Part shown: piece by piece, positions 53,915 to 63,039 of the stretch
How positions within the stretch are numbered: the first letter of the stretch is position 1
How the letters are laid out: every line of letters starts with the position of its first letter
Source of the DNA: Patescibacteria group bacterium
Lineage (GTDB): Bacteria; Patescibacteriota; Patescibacteriia; JBDRGY01
Assembly: GCA_043817315.1 (NCBI GenBank)
Contig: JBDRGY010000003.1
Location: forward strand, 59,181 to 123,180
Direction: 5' to 3'
DNA: 64,000 nucleotides
Translations under genes and position numbers: made by a program
The notes under the pieces: generated by a model
Seen by the model: the letters and a program-made list of their open reading frames with translations, nothing else
What the model was told of the DNA's origin: nothing
Database searches by the model: none

Positions 53915-56900
53915 ATGACCAGGTTGATCAAAACTGAAAAAATTGCCACTTGTAGTCTGTTGATAGCTTTTTGCAGTCTGGCCGTGGTTCTTTATGTTGG
54001 GGCCCAGTCGGATTCCCGATTTTGGTCCGATCCCCATCCTGGTCAGCCGACAGCCTCTCCGGAAGAAGGAGCACCCCTGACCACCTCAGCTGCCGATCAA
54101 ACCAAGTCCGGTCATTTAACAGTGGGAGAAGAAGTTACGGGCACCGGGTTAATTTCCAATGACAGGGTAGATATCGGCCCCCTACTTGATTGCGACCAGA
54201 CCACAGAAACCTGCTACGGTGATATTAACCTGGGGAGCGGCGGTAGCGTCGATTTAGCCGAGGACTTGGAAGTTGATGCTAATCAAGAGAAATTATTGAG
54301 AGTTTCCGGTTCTGGTAATAAAGTGGGAATTTTAACTGATCCGACCACTTACGAGTTGGACGTGGCTGGCGAAACATACATAAAGAGCCCCAACAACAGC
54401 GATAAAAATGCCCTCAAGGTCAACACCGGTGATGGCACAGGTCTCTCGGGAGAAATTACTTTTAATTCTGATAGCTACTTTGCTGTCCAGGGAGAGGGAG
54501 GAGACAGAAATGGCGGTGGAATTTATGCCGAAGGAGGATCGGCAGATTCTGGCTCCAATACTTATGCTATCAAAGCAGAGCCTGGGTCTGGTTGCGCTGG
54601 TAACTGCTGGGCTGCCTATTTCCGGGGTCGTCTCAAGATAGAAACCGGTTTTCGTGAAGGAGATTCTGATAATTATCAAAGAATTTATCATACCGCCACT
54701 AAACTAAATGACGGCAAAGTATTATTTATTGGCGGCTTGGACGGTGAAGATTTTGTGCCCAATAGGGGTGTTTACTATTATGTGAGAAGAATTACCTACT
54801 TTGATCCTATCAGTCAACAGTTTGGTGATGGGCCATATTTACAAGTGCCTCGTTCTCATCATACTGCCAATCTATTGGGTAATGACGTACTGGTAGCCGG
54901 CGGTTACAAGTGGGAGAATACCGAGCCCAGTTTTGCCAACATGGAATCTACTGATTCGGTAGAAATGTGTAATACTGGTACTTGTCTTCAGATTGATACC
55001 CTGGATCAAGCCAGGGCCAATCATACAGCAACAACCGCCAATAATGAAGTGGTAATAATCGGCGGTGACAGCAAGGTGGGAGACCAGTATCTGGCCCTAA
55101 ACACCATTGAGCATTGTAATGCTACTACCTGTATTTCACCTGGCGTCAATTTAATTACCGCCCGCACCGAACACACCGCTACTCTATTAGACAATGGATT
55201 GATCCTAATTGCCGGTGGCAAGAGCTCGGAAAACAATTATCTGAATAGTACTGAACTTTACGATCCGCTTAACCATACTATTGCTCAAGGCCCTTCTTTT
55301 ACCGATGCCCGGGCAGATCATACGGCTACTAAGCTAGATGATGGTAGAGTTTTTATAGCCGGCGGCTATCGGGAAACGGGTAATAGTATTTTTGGCACTC
55401 ATTATAATAGCAGTGTTATCTATAGTCCTGGCGGAGGAGTTGGTTCTTTTAATGACGGACCCACCATGCTGCTAGCTCGATCTCAACATACAGCTACCTT
55501 GTTGTCCGGGGGTCAAGTGATGATATTGGGAGGAGAGAATGATGCTAAAGCCTCCACTAAAGACACTAACGAAATTTTCAATCCCAATGATAACACCATT
55601 TCCGAAGGACCGGCCCTATTGGGGTACCGCATGGGGCATACCGCTACCTTATTGGATAGTGGAGAAGTGCTGGTTGGTGGCGGCCGCAGTGATTTCTTTG
55701 ATGGATCCACTGTTTGGCAGAAAACAGAGTATTTTTCCACTTTATCTGATGATTTTTCTTTGTTAAGCAGTGAGACTACCACGCATTCTTACGCCGCTGA
55801 CCAGAGAGCCACCTTATTATCTGACGGCACTGTATTATTAACCGGGGGCCGGCGCTTTCCCTACCGCTGGATACGGGACTTACCAAGTAATAACGAATAT
55901 ACTGCCTCTGTTTTTGATCCGCCCACTGACACTTTTAGAAACCTGGATGCAGCTGACAATGATTTGGATAAACTGGGATATCATACCGCTACTGCTGCCA
56001 CTTTCGCCAGTAAATGGTGGTCCTCCGGCGAAGGTTACCCCGCCAGAGAGAGACTGATGGTCACCAATCGAGATATTGAGGATCTGCCACCCGGTTATGT
56101 GGCTACTCTGGCCCTACCCAGAGCTGAATGGGACGACAAGTTATTGGATGACGAATACGATGATTTAAGAATTGTATATTACAACCAAAATGACGGTTTC
56201 TGGCTTGATCTCAATCGCCATGTTGTGGCCACGGATGATACTTTATATGTCTATTTCAGATTGATTGATTTAATAGGTATTGGAGACACAATGAGTGATA
56301 CCAGATATTTCTTGTATTACGGTAATGCCGAGGCTGATACCGCTCCCGCCAATAAATCAGCCGTTTATGATATCTGGGCTGATTTTGAAGAAGGGATCGA
56401 CCCCGATGATTGGGCTACGGATATTTACTCGGGACCCCAAGGCACCCTGGGCATAGATAGTATAGACAGCGATAATTCTTCTCTAACCCTGAGCCACGGA
56501 GATCCGGCCGGTGTGGAGGATGTTGATAAGAAGACCCATACTACCACCATTACAGTTAAAGTGGTTGACCAGGTGGACAGCCCGGTTGGCGGGGCCATTG
56601 TTACTATTACCTGTAGTAGGGGAGGAAGTGATTGTACTGATGACGTGTTCCTGTCCGGCAATAGCGATGACAGTAATGGCAGTGGTAATGCCGAGTTTAC
56701 TTTCACCGCCCCCTGGGCTGATACAGATGAAATTTCTTACGGCTATACTATTGTTGGTGATTACAGTTTCACGGCCACGGCCACTCATCCTTCCTATCAA
56801 GGTGAGCCCTCAATTGGTCCTAGCACTCTAATCACAACAAATCAACCAACAATTGATAATGTTAATATTCAGGGTCCCATATTCGCTGCAGATTGTGTTT

Positions 56901-59900
56901 ATCCAATTTGCGAACTGACTGACTACGTCTTAGAATCGCTAATTGATATTCATTCTGAGGGGGTTCCGGTCAGAATGGCTAAAGTAAAAAATATTATATT
57001 TAAAGGTAAAACATGTTCACAGTCACTTGATCTTGATGCCAACCCAGATATAAATGAAATTGTTTCTGATGAGGATACAATTTTTATTTATCCCTCTGAG
57101 CCAGCGCTACCTGCCTGTGATAATCTCTATTACCCAATTAAGAAATTGAATTACAATGATGGGGAAAATGGCCCCACGGGCCAAGATACGACTTGGATTG
57201 CGAATATGTGTCCCCCTGAGTGTGATTGGGGTGGTCTGGATATCAAGAGGCCCCTTGCCCAAGCGGACTGTTCAGTCAGCGCAGAAGACCAAAAACCAAA
57301 CAGCAGTTTCTGGGATCAATTCATTTCTTCCCTATTTACTATTGAAGAAGTAGTAGCCTCTGAACTGGAATCAGCCTGGCCAGATGATAGAAAAGTGGCT
57401 GAAGGCCAGGTGTTGGGCATTGTTGAGGGAGAAACTCCCAGTATCTTTGAAGAAAACGGCCAGGTGAGAATTGACGGACAAAGAGGCAGCTATGCTCATA
57501 TTGAGATTGGTACAGGCCGGGTGACCACACCCGATACCTTAGTGCTGGAAGGGAAGATAAAAACCGTCGAGGATGTTGATGAGGCTTATCAGGAAGACGA
57601 ACTGGCCATGGGCCTGGCCCTGTACTGGGATCAGAATAATTGGGCCCAGATAAGGCAGCGTACTCTCGGCGGCAATCAATGGGTGATTACCCAAATGGTT
57701 GACGGAACTCCTACCGATACCACCAATGTGGCCTGGGGCTTTAATTTAAATCAATACTATTGTGTCAATGTAAATTTAGACAGGGCCGACATCGTGTATT
57801 CAATAGCTCCCACTATTGGTGATTCAGAATCCTGTGACCAGATAGAAGAATCTTGGACCGAATTGGCCACCATAGCGCGACCGCTGGCTGAATTCAACCC
57901 CAAGCCGTCCAAAATCATTGTGGGCAAAGGAACAGGAACGGCTGATCCTAATCTGGATAATGTGGGTACTCCGACCAATGAGGTAAATACATATTACGCT
58001 GATGATATTTTAGTAAGAGGAACAGCTGATCCAGAAGCCGGGGTGACTATGGCCGGTGACTTACCCGACGAAGCGGTATTGATTACCGGAGGTCATGGAG
58101 GAACTTATAACGGAGATGAGGCCTTGTCAGTTGAAGTATCAGACAAAACTTTCCTCTATTATCCAGACTTTACTGGTTCAGGCAATGACAGCTTGGGAGA
58201 GAGGGGCACTACCTTGCCTGGAGGGCCGCGTACCCATCATACAGCAACCCTGTTATCTGACGGAACAATATATATCGCCGGTGGCTACTATTCTTTGAAT
58301 ACAGCCACAGATGCCCTGCAATCTACTTTAATTTACAATCCAGACGATGATACTTTTAGCAACGGTCCTGATTTGCCGACCACAGGCAGAGCTAATCATA
58401 CAGCTGTCGCCTTGTCCGGTAATCAGGTTTTGATAATCGGGGGAAATAGTAAAATGGAAGATGATTCATTGAATAGTGCAGTGCTGATTGATTTTGATGC
58501 CCCGGTAAGTGTTAGTGAGATAGGGAATATTGGAGGGGCTCGCAGTTATCACACAGCTACTCTTTTGCCCGATGACAGTATTTTAATAGCTGGCGGAATA
58601 AATTTAGACAAAAATCAAGTGATGGGTGGAAATGTTTTAAATAGCACAGTGGTATACGATAGTGGGGATTTTAATGACGGACCCGATCTTTCTCGTCCTC
58701 GCTTCCATCACACAGCTACTTTGACCAATGATGGGAGTGAAGTGTTATTGATCGGTGGTGAGACTTTGCGACATTACCAAATCGGTGAGATAGACCGTTA
58801 TCTGGTGGCCAGTAATACAGTCAGTGATAGCCATCCGGCCCTGTATCGTCACCGAACGCATCATCAGGCTGTTTTGGCAGATTCCATTGAAGGAACCGAG
58901 GACCAATACAATGTTTATGTCTTTGGCGGTCTCTACGGTTGGCAAGGAATTCAAGATGAAACATTTCTATTCCAGGAAGCGGCCATGGAAGTACAAAGCA
59001 GCGAGATGGTAGTCAATCTCAACGCCGATTTACTGGATTCATACGACAGTGATGATTTCGTGTTAATCAGTCAAGTGGGAGAGGAATATGTGGTAGGTCA
59101 GAATCCAGCCAGTTGGCAGCCACAGAGTGGTAGTCTGCGCGTTGATCAATTAAGTCAAATAAGTTACAACTCAGATGACAGCTTGGGAGGGATAGAGGCG
59201 GTCAGTTCAGCAAGCACCGTGCCGGCTGTGACCGTAACCCATACTGGTGCCGGTGATGCTAGTAAAGCCCTAGAGGTTAAGGCAGAACCGGGAGGGGTTG
59301 GCTATACCACTTACGGTATTTATGCCCAGGCTGGTAGTGGAGTCGGAGATCATTTCGCTGCTTATTTCGGTGGCCAGGTTTTCTTAGACAGTACCGGACC
59401 TCTGACTATTCAATCCAATACTCAAGTGGCCAATCTTAATGTCGATAAGCTGGACGGTTTTCATATTGACGATTTCATCTTAACTAAAGATTTGGCTCAA
59501 TACGCCAAATTTGACCAATCAGGTTTAGAGCAGACCGGCAACATTCATGTTTCCAACATCGCCAAATTTACGGAAGATACCATTTCTCCCACCCTTAATA
59601 TAACCAACAAGCCCTCGGCCTATTCTTACGCCTCAGAAGGAGTGGAAACGACAGGTGGCCTTTATGCCCTCAGGGCTATTGGCGGCACTGCTGCAGGCAC
59701 CAACTACGCAGGGTATTTCGAGGGTGATGTTAAAGTGACTGAAGATTTATACGTAACCGGCGGCAAGCTAATTTTTGAAGGATCGCCGGCAGCCGGCAGC
59801 AGCTCCATAGCAGCGGGCAATAATTGTTCTGATACCATTTCTCCAGAAGGATTTGATGCAGAGGCACACGTGATGATCACGGTAACCGATTTTGGAACTG

Positions 59901-60019
59901 ATTCCAATAATTATAACGTCAGAGTCAATCAATTGGCTTCTGATTTTGAGGTCTGTACTTTTGGGGACAGTGGCAACCCGGCTGTTAACTTTGATTATCT
60001 GATCGTTAAATCACTATAA
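53915..60019 (+). CDS. Giant (2034 aa) surface protein with two Kelch-like propeller regions (family member 3)
   Basis: N-terminal anchor and FWSDPHPGQPTASP. Kelch-type HTATxLxDGxVxIAGG repeats at aa ~250-700 and ~1440-1700. Motifs WAAYFRGRLKIE, ANLNVDKLDGFHIDDF, YAGYFEGDVKV. C-terminal ...AVNFDYLIVKSL. Confidence 0.6.
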   Translation: MTRLIKTEKIATCSLLIAFCSLAVVLYVGAQSDSRFWSDPHPGQPTASPEEGAPLTTSAADQTKSGHLTVGEEVTGTGLISNDRVDIGPLLDCDQTTETCYGDINLGSGGSVDLAEDLEVDANQEKLLRVSGSGNKVGILTDPTTYELDVAGETYIKSPNNSDKNALKVNTGDGTGLSGEITFNSDSYFAVQGEGGDRNGGGIYAEGGSADSGSNTYAIKAEPGSGCAGNCWAAYFRGRLKIETGFREGDSDNYQRIYHTATKLNDGKVLFIGGLDGEDFVPNRGVYYYVRRITYFDPISQQFGDGPYLQVPRSHHTANLLGNDVLVAGGYKWENTEPSFANMESTDSVEMCNTGTCLQIDTLDQARANHTATTANNEVVIIGGDSKVGDQYLALNTIEHCNATTCISPGVNLITARTEHTATLLDNGLILIAGGKSSENNYLNSTELYDPLNHTIAQGPSFTDARADHTATKLDDGRVFIAGGYRETGNSIFGTHYNSSVIYSPGGGVGSFNDGPTMLLARSQHTATLLSGGQVMILGGENDAKASTKDTNEIFNPNDNTISEGPALLGYRMGHTATLLDSGEVLVGGGRSDFFDGSTVWQKTEYFSTLSDDFSLLSSETTTHSYAADQRATLLSDGTVLLTGGRRFPYRWIRDLPSNNEYTASVFDPPTDTFRNLDAADNDLDKLGYHTATAATFASKWWSSGEGYPARERLMVTNRDIEDLPPGYVATLALPRAEWDDKLLDDEYDDLRIVYYNQNDGFWLDLNRHVVATDDTLYVYFRLIDLIGIGDTMSDTRYFLYYGNAEADTAPANKSAVYDIWADFEEGIDPDDWATDIYSGPQGTLGIDSIDSDNSSLTLSHGDPAGVEDVDKKTHTTTITVKVVDQVDSPVGGAIVTITCSRGGSDCTDDVFLSGNSDDSNGSGNAEFTFTAPWADTDEISYGYTIVGDYSFTATATHPSYQGEPSIGPSTLITTNQPTIDNVNIQGPIFAADCVYPICELTDYVLESLIDIHSEGVPVRMAKVKNIIFKGKTCSQSLDLDANPDINEIVSDEDTIFIYPSEPALPACDNLYYPIKKLNYNDGENGPTGQDTTWIANMCPPECDWGGLDIKRPLAQADCSVSAEDQKPNSSFWDQFISSLFTIEEVVASELESAWPDDRKVAEGQVLGIVEGETPSIFEENGQVRIDGQRGSYAHIEIGTGRVTTPDTLVLEGKIKTVEDVDEAYQEDELAMGLALYWDQNNWAQIRQRTLGGNQWVITQMVDGTPTDTTNVAWGFNLNQYYCVNVNLDRADIVYSIAPTIGDSESCDQIEESWTELATIARPLAEFNPKPSKIIVGKGTGTADPNLDNVGTPTNEVNTYYADDILVRGTADPEAGVTMAGDLPDEAVLITGGHGGTYNGDEALSVEVSDKTFLYYPDFTGSGNDSLGERGTTLPGGPRTHHTATLLSDGTIYIAGGYYSLNTATDALQSTLIYNPDDDTFSNGPDLPTTGRANHTAVALSGNQVLIIGGNSKMEDDSLNSAVLIDFDAPVSVSEIGNIGGARSYHTATLLPDDSILIAGGINLDKNQVMGGNVLNSTVVYDSGDFNDGPDLSRPRFHHTATLTNDGSEVLLIGGETLRHYQIGEIDRYLVASNTVSDSHPALYRHRTHHQAVLADSIEGTEDQYNVYVFGGLYGWQGIQDETFLFQEAAMEVQSSEMVVNLNADLLDSYDSDDFVLISQVGEEYVVGQNPASWQPQSGSLRVDQLSQISYNSDDSLGGIEAVSSASTVPAVTVTHTGAGDASKALEVKAEPGGVGYTTYGIYAQAGSGVGDHFAAYFGGQVFLDSTGPLTIQSNTQVANLNVDKLDGFHIDDFILTKDLAQYAKFDQSGLEQTGNIHVSNIAKFTEDTISPTLNITNKPSAYSYASEGVETTGGLYALRAIGGTAAGTNYAGYFEGDVKVTEDLYVTGGKLIFEGSPAAGSSSIAAGNNCSDTISPEGFDAEAHVMITVTDFGTDSNNYNVRVNQLASDFEVCTFGDSGNPAVNFDYLIVKSL

Positions 60020-60041
60020 TTATTATTTATTTTTCAAAACT

Positions 60042-61325
60042 ATGAAACAAGCCAAACAAGAATTATTAAGAGCCACTTTAATCAGTGTGGCAGTGCTCAG
60101 CATAGCCGGGTTTATACTAGGTTTGGGGTCTTTCGTGGCCGAGGCCTGGACTCCGCCCGCCGGCTCTCCTCCGACAGGCGGTGACATTGCTGCTCCCCTG
60201 AATGTCAGCAACAGCGCTCAGCTGAAGATCGGCCCAGTTACTGTTGATCCAACAGATACCCAGGGGGTAGTAACCCAAAATTCCCTGTCAATCTACGGCA
60301 ACAATGCCAACTCCAGCCTATATGTGGAACAGAGTGGAGGTGGTTGGGCTACTATTTTGTCAGGCGATGTTCACGTCGGTCCTTTTGCTGGCGGCGGCCA
60401 ACTTTGTCTCAATTCTGGTTACACTAAAGGAGTGGCCGTGCCAGAATGTATTACCAGTTGGGCCGAAGTAGGTGGCGGTGGTAGCACTCTGTGGCAGGAA
60501 ACCGGAAACTTTTTACATCCTTTAAACACTCCAAAATCAGTAGCGGCCGATGCTCATATTATTTCAGGCTATAGCGCAGGTGGTGACATCAGAGTCTGGC
60601 GCGATGGAGCCTGTAATGACGGTGAATGCCGAGCCCTGGTAAATCCCAGGGGAATACTTAGCAATAACTACAATGATTATCTGATAATCAACTATGATGA
60701 TGCGGGCCTTGGTCTGGGTGATTATGATAAGGGTGTATTGATCCCTGGCAAGCTTAATGTTGGGGGTATTCAAGGGGTGCCAGCCACTGATATGACCACT
60801 GCGTCTTTCTTTAGCACCTCTCAATCATCTATCATCAATCCGGATTCTGCCATCTACGCCCAGCAGAATGACCCGGTAGAGGGCTGGGCTGGCTTTTTCT
60901 CAGGCGATGTAGCCATTAGCGGTGGTCTCTACATGACTGGTAGCGTTTATGCAGTCGAAGGAGATCTGAATGCCTCGCGCGGTGGCGGTGGTAAGCTAGG
61001 TAAACTGTTTGCCGGTAATTTTAATGGCAATGTCTATGTAGGTAATGAAACTCAAGACGCCGAACTATGTCTCAATGGCACAGATGATGGCGCCAATTGT
61101 ATTCAGAGCTTTATACCGGATGCCTTTCAATGCAACAGGGGTACTGGCAGCTGTGGAGTGGCTGCTCAGTCGTCCTGCAACGATAAATGCCAAAACGCCA
61201 CTGACCCCGGTCCTGGTTTCTGTGTTTCCGCCTGGGTGGAAAATAAGGGATTACAAAATTTCAATTGTGATGATACGGCGACGCCAGTTGGCACCATTTA
61301 TTGCAATTGCTTACGCTTTGATTAA
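60042..61325 (+). CDS. Surface protein family member 4 (427 aa) with Cys-rich C-terminal region
   Basis: N-terminal anchor and AWTPPAGSPPTGG (same W-x-P-P motif). WAGFFSGDVAISGGLYMTG shared motif. Last ~110 aa contain 12 Cys. Confidence 0.5.
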   Translation: MKQAKQELLRATLISVAVLSIAGFILGLGSFVAEAWTPPAGSPPTGGDIAAPLNVSNSAQLKIGPVTVDPTDTQGVVTQNSLSIYGNNANSSLYVEQSGGGWATILSGDVHVGPFAGGGQLCLNSGYTKGVAVPECITSWAEVGGGGSTLWQETGNFLHPLNTPKSVAADAHIISGYSAGGDIRVWRDGACNDGECRALVNPRGILSNNYNDYLIINYDDAGLGLGDYDKGVLIPGKLNVGGIQGVPATDMTTASFFSTSQSSIINPDSAIYAQQNDPVEGWAGFFSGDVAISGGLYMTGSVYAVEGDLNASRGGGGKLGKLFAGNFNGNVYVGNETQDAELCLNGTDDGANCIQSFIPDAFQCNRGTGSCGVAAQSSCNDKCQNATDPGPGFCVSAWVENKGLQNFNCDDTATPVGTIYCNCLRFD

Positions 61326-61350
61326 TAAATAACATTAATAAAAAAGAAAA

Positions 61351-63039
61351 ATGATGAGAAAACCAATCAATCCGAAAAAGACACTATGGGTAATTATTAT
61401 CCTGCTGGTCTTGGGAATCGCCTTTCAGCTGGTCAATTACCAATTGGGCAAAGTTAAAGTTGTCCTATACGGGACAAGCACGGACTCTGTCACTTTACAA
61501 GTAGAGAATATTTTGTCTGATTTGCAGACAAAATTTGGCTCTCGCCTCAATGTAGAAATTCATTTAGCGGGCCGGTTGTTAGAAGACGGTACTATCCAAA
61601 GTTATCAAACTACTTCAGCAGAAGCGGCTGCTTATGACATCGAAGAGAATATCCGCCAAGCGGTGATAAAAAATCTTTACCCCAATCAATATGCCGATTA
61701 TCTACAGGTGCGTAATACGGACGTGACCAACACCAATTGGCAGTATTTCGCTGAATTTGCCAAGATTAATGCCGACAAGATTTCGGAACAAATAGATTTA
61801 GAAGGAGAAGCTTTATTCAGAGAAGAAATTGCCAAGTTTGAAGAGGTCCGCCAAGACTTACCGATTAACGCCAATACTTTGCCGTTACTCTATATTAATG
61901 ATCAATTGTATAAAGGTTCAGTTGACCATTTTTCCCTGTCAGCTGCTGTAGTCAAACCGATTTTAAGAGGTTGGAAGAGTAAATTGTCAGAAAGTGGTAA
62001 AACCTCTTGGTTTGGAGGAGCTATCACTTTCAGATCCTTTTCAAAATTCCAGCATAACGGAGTTTCTGAATGCTATAACAACTTAGATTGCGACGATAAA
62101 AATGATTACGTGGGTACTTGCCGAGATGTCGGTACTGATATTGCCAGATGTGTGTACACCGAACCGGCTGAAGTACAGTTAACTGTCTTAAATGATGAAG
62201 ACTGTGCTACCTGTGATACTGAATTTACCATAGCTAACTTGCAAGCTGATTTTAAAGGATTATCGGCAAACGAAATTGATGTTTCTTCCAAAGAAGGGGA
62301 GCAGTTAAAGGAAGATTTGGGAGTAAGGGCTTTGCCAGTCTATCTGTTTGGTGAAGAGGTAGAGCAGGCCAGTAATTTTGACCTTTATGCCCAGGTTGGC
62401 TATCTGGGGCAGGTGACCGAATCAGGTGACTACAAGTACACCTTGGTCCAGTCTGGAATTCCTGGGGTGCTCTTGGAAAGAGAACTGGCAGAAAACCAGT
62501 TAGATATCTTTGTAATGAGTCAATGTCCTTATTCGGTCGCTCTGGAAAATTCTCTGATTGCCTTGGCCCAGGATATCAATTTTGACCTCAACGTTCACTA
62601 CGTCCTACAAGGCGAAACGGATGCCGAAGGCAATGTTAGCTTGAAGATGGCCTCGCTGGGCGGGGAAGCGGAATACAATGAAGATATCAGGCAGTTGGTC
62701 ATCCAGAAGTATTATGCAGATAAATTCCTTGATTACCTGGAAGAGCGTAATAAAGATGTGACCAGTGAAGACTGGCAGTCGGTAGCCATGGCAGTTGGAA
62801 TCGATGCAGCTGATGTAGCGGCCAAAGCGACGGCAGAGGGTGAAGACCTGCTTAAGGCTGATGCCCAAACCGCCTTGGGACTGGGAATAAATTCGGCACC
62901 GGCTTATCTGTGGCAGAACCGCTATTTCGGCTTTGGGGTAACCAATCTAATTCAATTTGATAAGTTTAGTGATTTAGAAATTAGAGCGGAGGACATGGGT
63001 TATTGTATCAACCCTCAAGATGGGACTAGTCAAGAATAA
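61351..63039 (+). CDS. Membrane-anchored tandem thioredoxin/DsbA-fold protein (first domain lacks Cys, second carries a CPYS monothiol site) with a Cys-rich linker
   Basis: N-terminal TM. Two ~200-aa halves of similar pattern. The first opens with the strand VKVVLYGTSTDS and the second with DIFVMSQCPYSVALE. Both end in a [ND]S/TAPAYL/TLPLLYIND then Y/F-[KFG] motif, consistent with the thioredoxin-fold beta-alpha-beta and the cis-Pro region. Linker is CYNNLDCDDKNDYVGTCRDVGTDIARCVY ... DEDCATCD. Confidence 0.45.
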   Translation: MMRKPINPKKTLWVIIILLVLGIAFQLVNYQLGKVKVVLYGTSTDSVTLQVENILSDLQTKFGSRLNVEIHLAGRLLEDGTIQSYQTTSAEAAAYDIEENIRQAVIKNLYPNQYADYLQVRNTDVTNTNWQYFAEFAKINADKISEQIDLEGEALFREEIAKFEEVRQDLPINANTLPLLYINDQLYKGSVDHFSLSAAVVKPILRGWKSKLSESGKTSWFGGAITFRSFSKFQHNGVSECYNNLDCDDKNDYVGTCRDVGTDIARCVYTEPAEVQLTVLNDEDCATCDTEFTIANLQADFKGLSANEIDVSSKEGEQLKEDLGVRALPVYLFGEEVEQASNFDLYAQVGYLGQVTESGDYKYTLVQSGIPGVLLERELAENQLDIFVMSQCPYSVALENSLIALAQDINFDLNVHYVLQGETDAEGNVSLKMASLGGEAEYNEDIRQLVIQKYYADKFLDYLEERNKDVTSEDWQSVAMAVGIDAADVAAKATAEGEDLLKADAQTALGLGINSAPAYLWQNRYFGFGVTNLIQFDKFSDLEIRAEDMGYCINPQDGTSQE

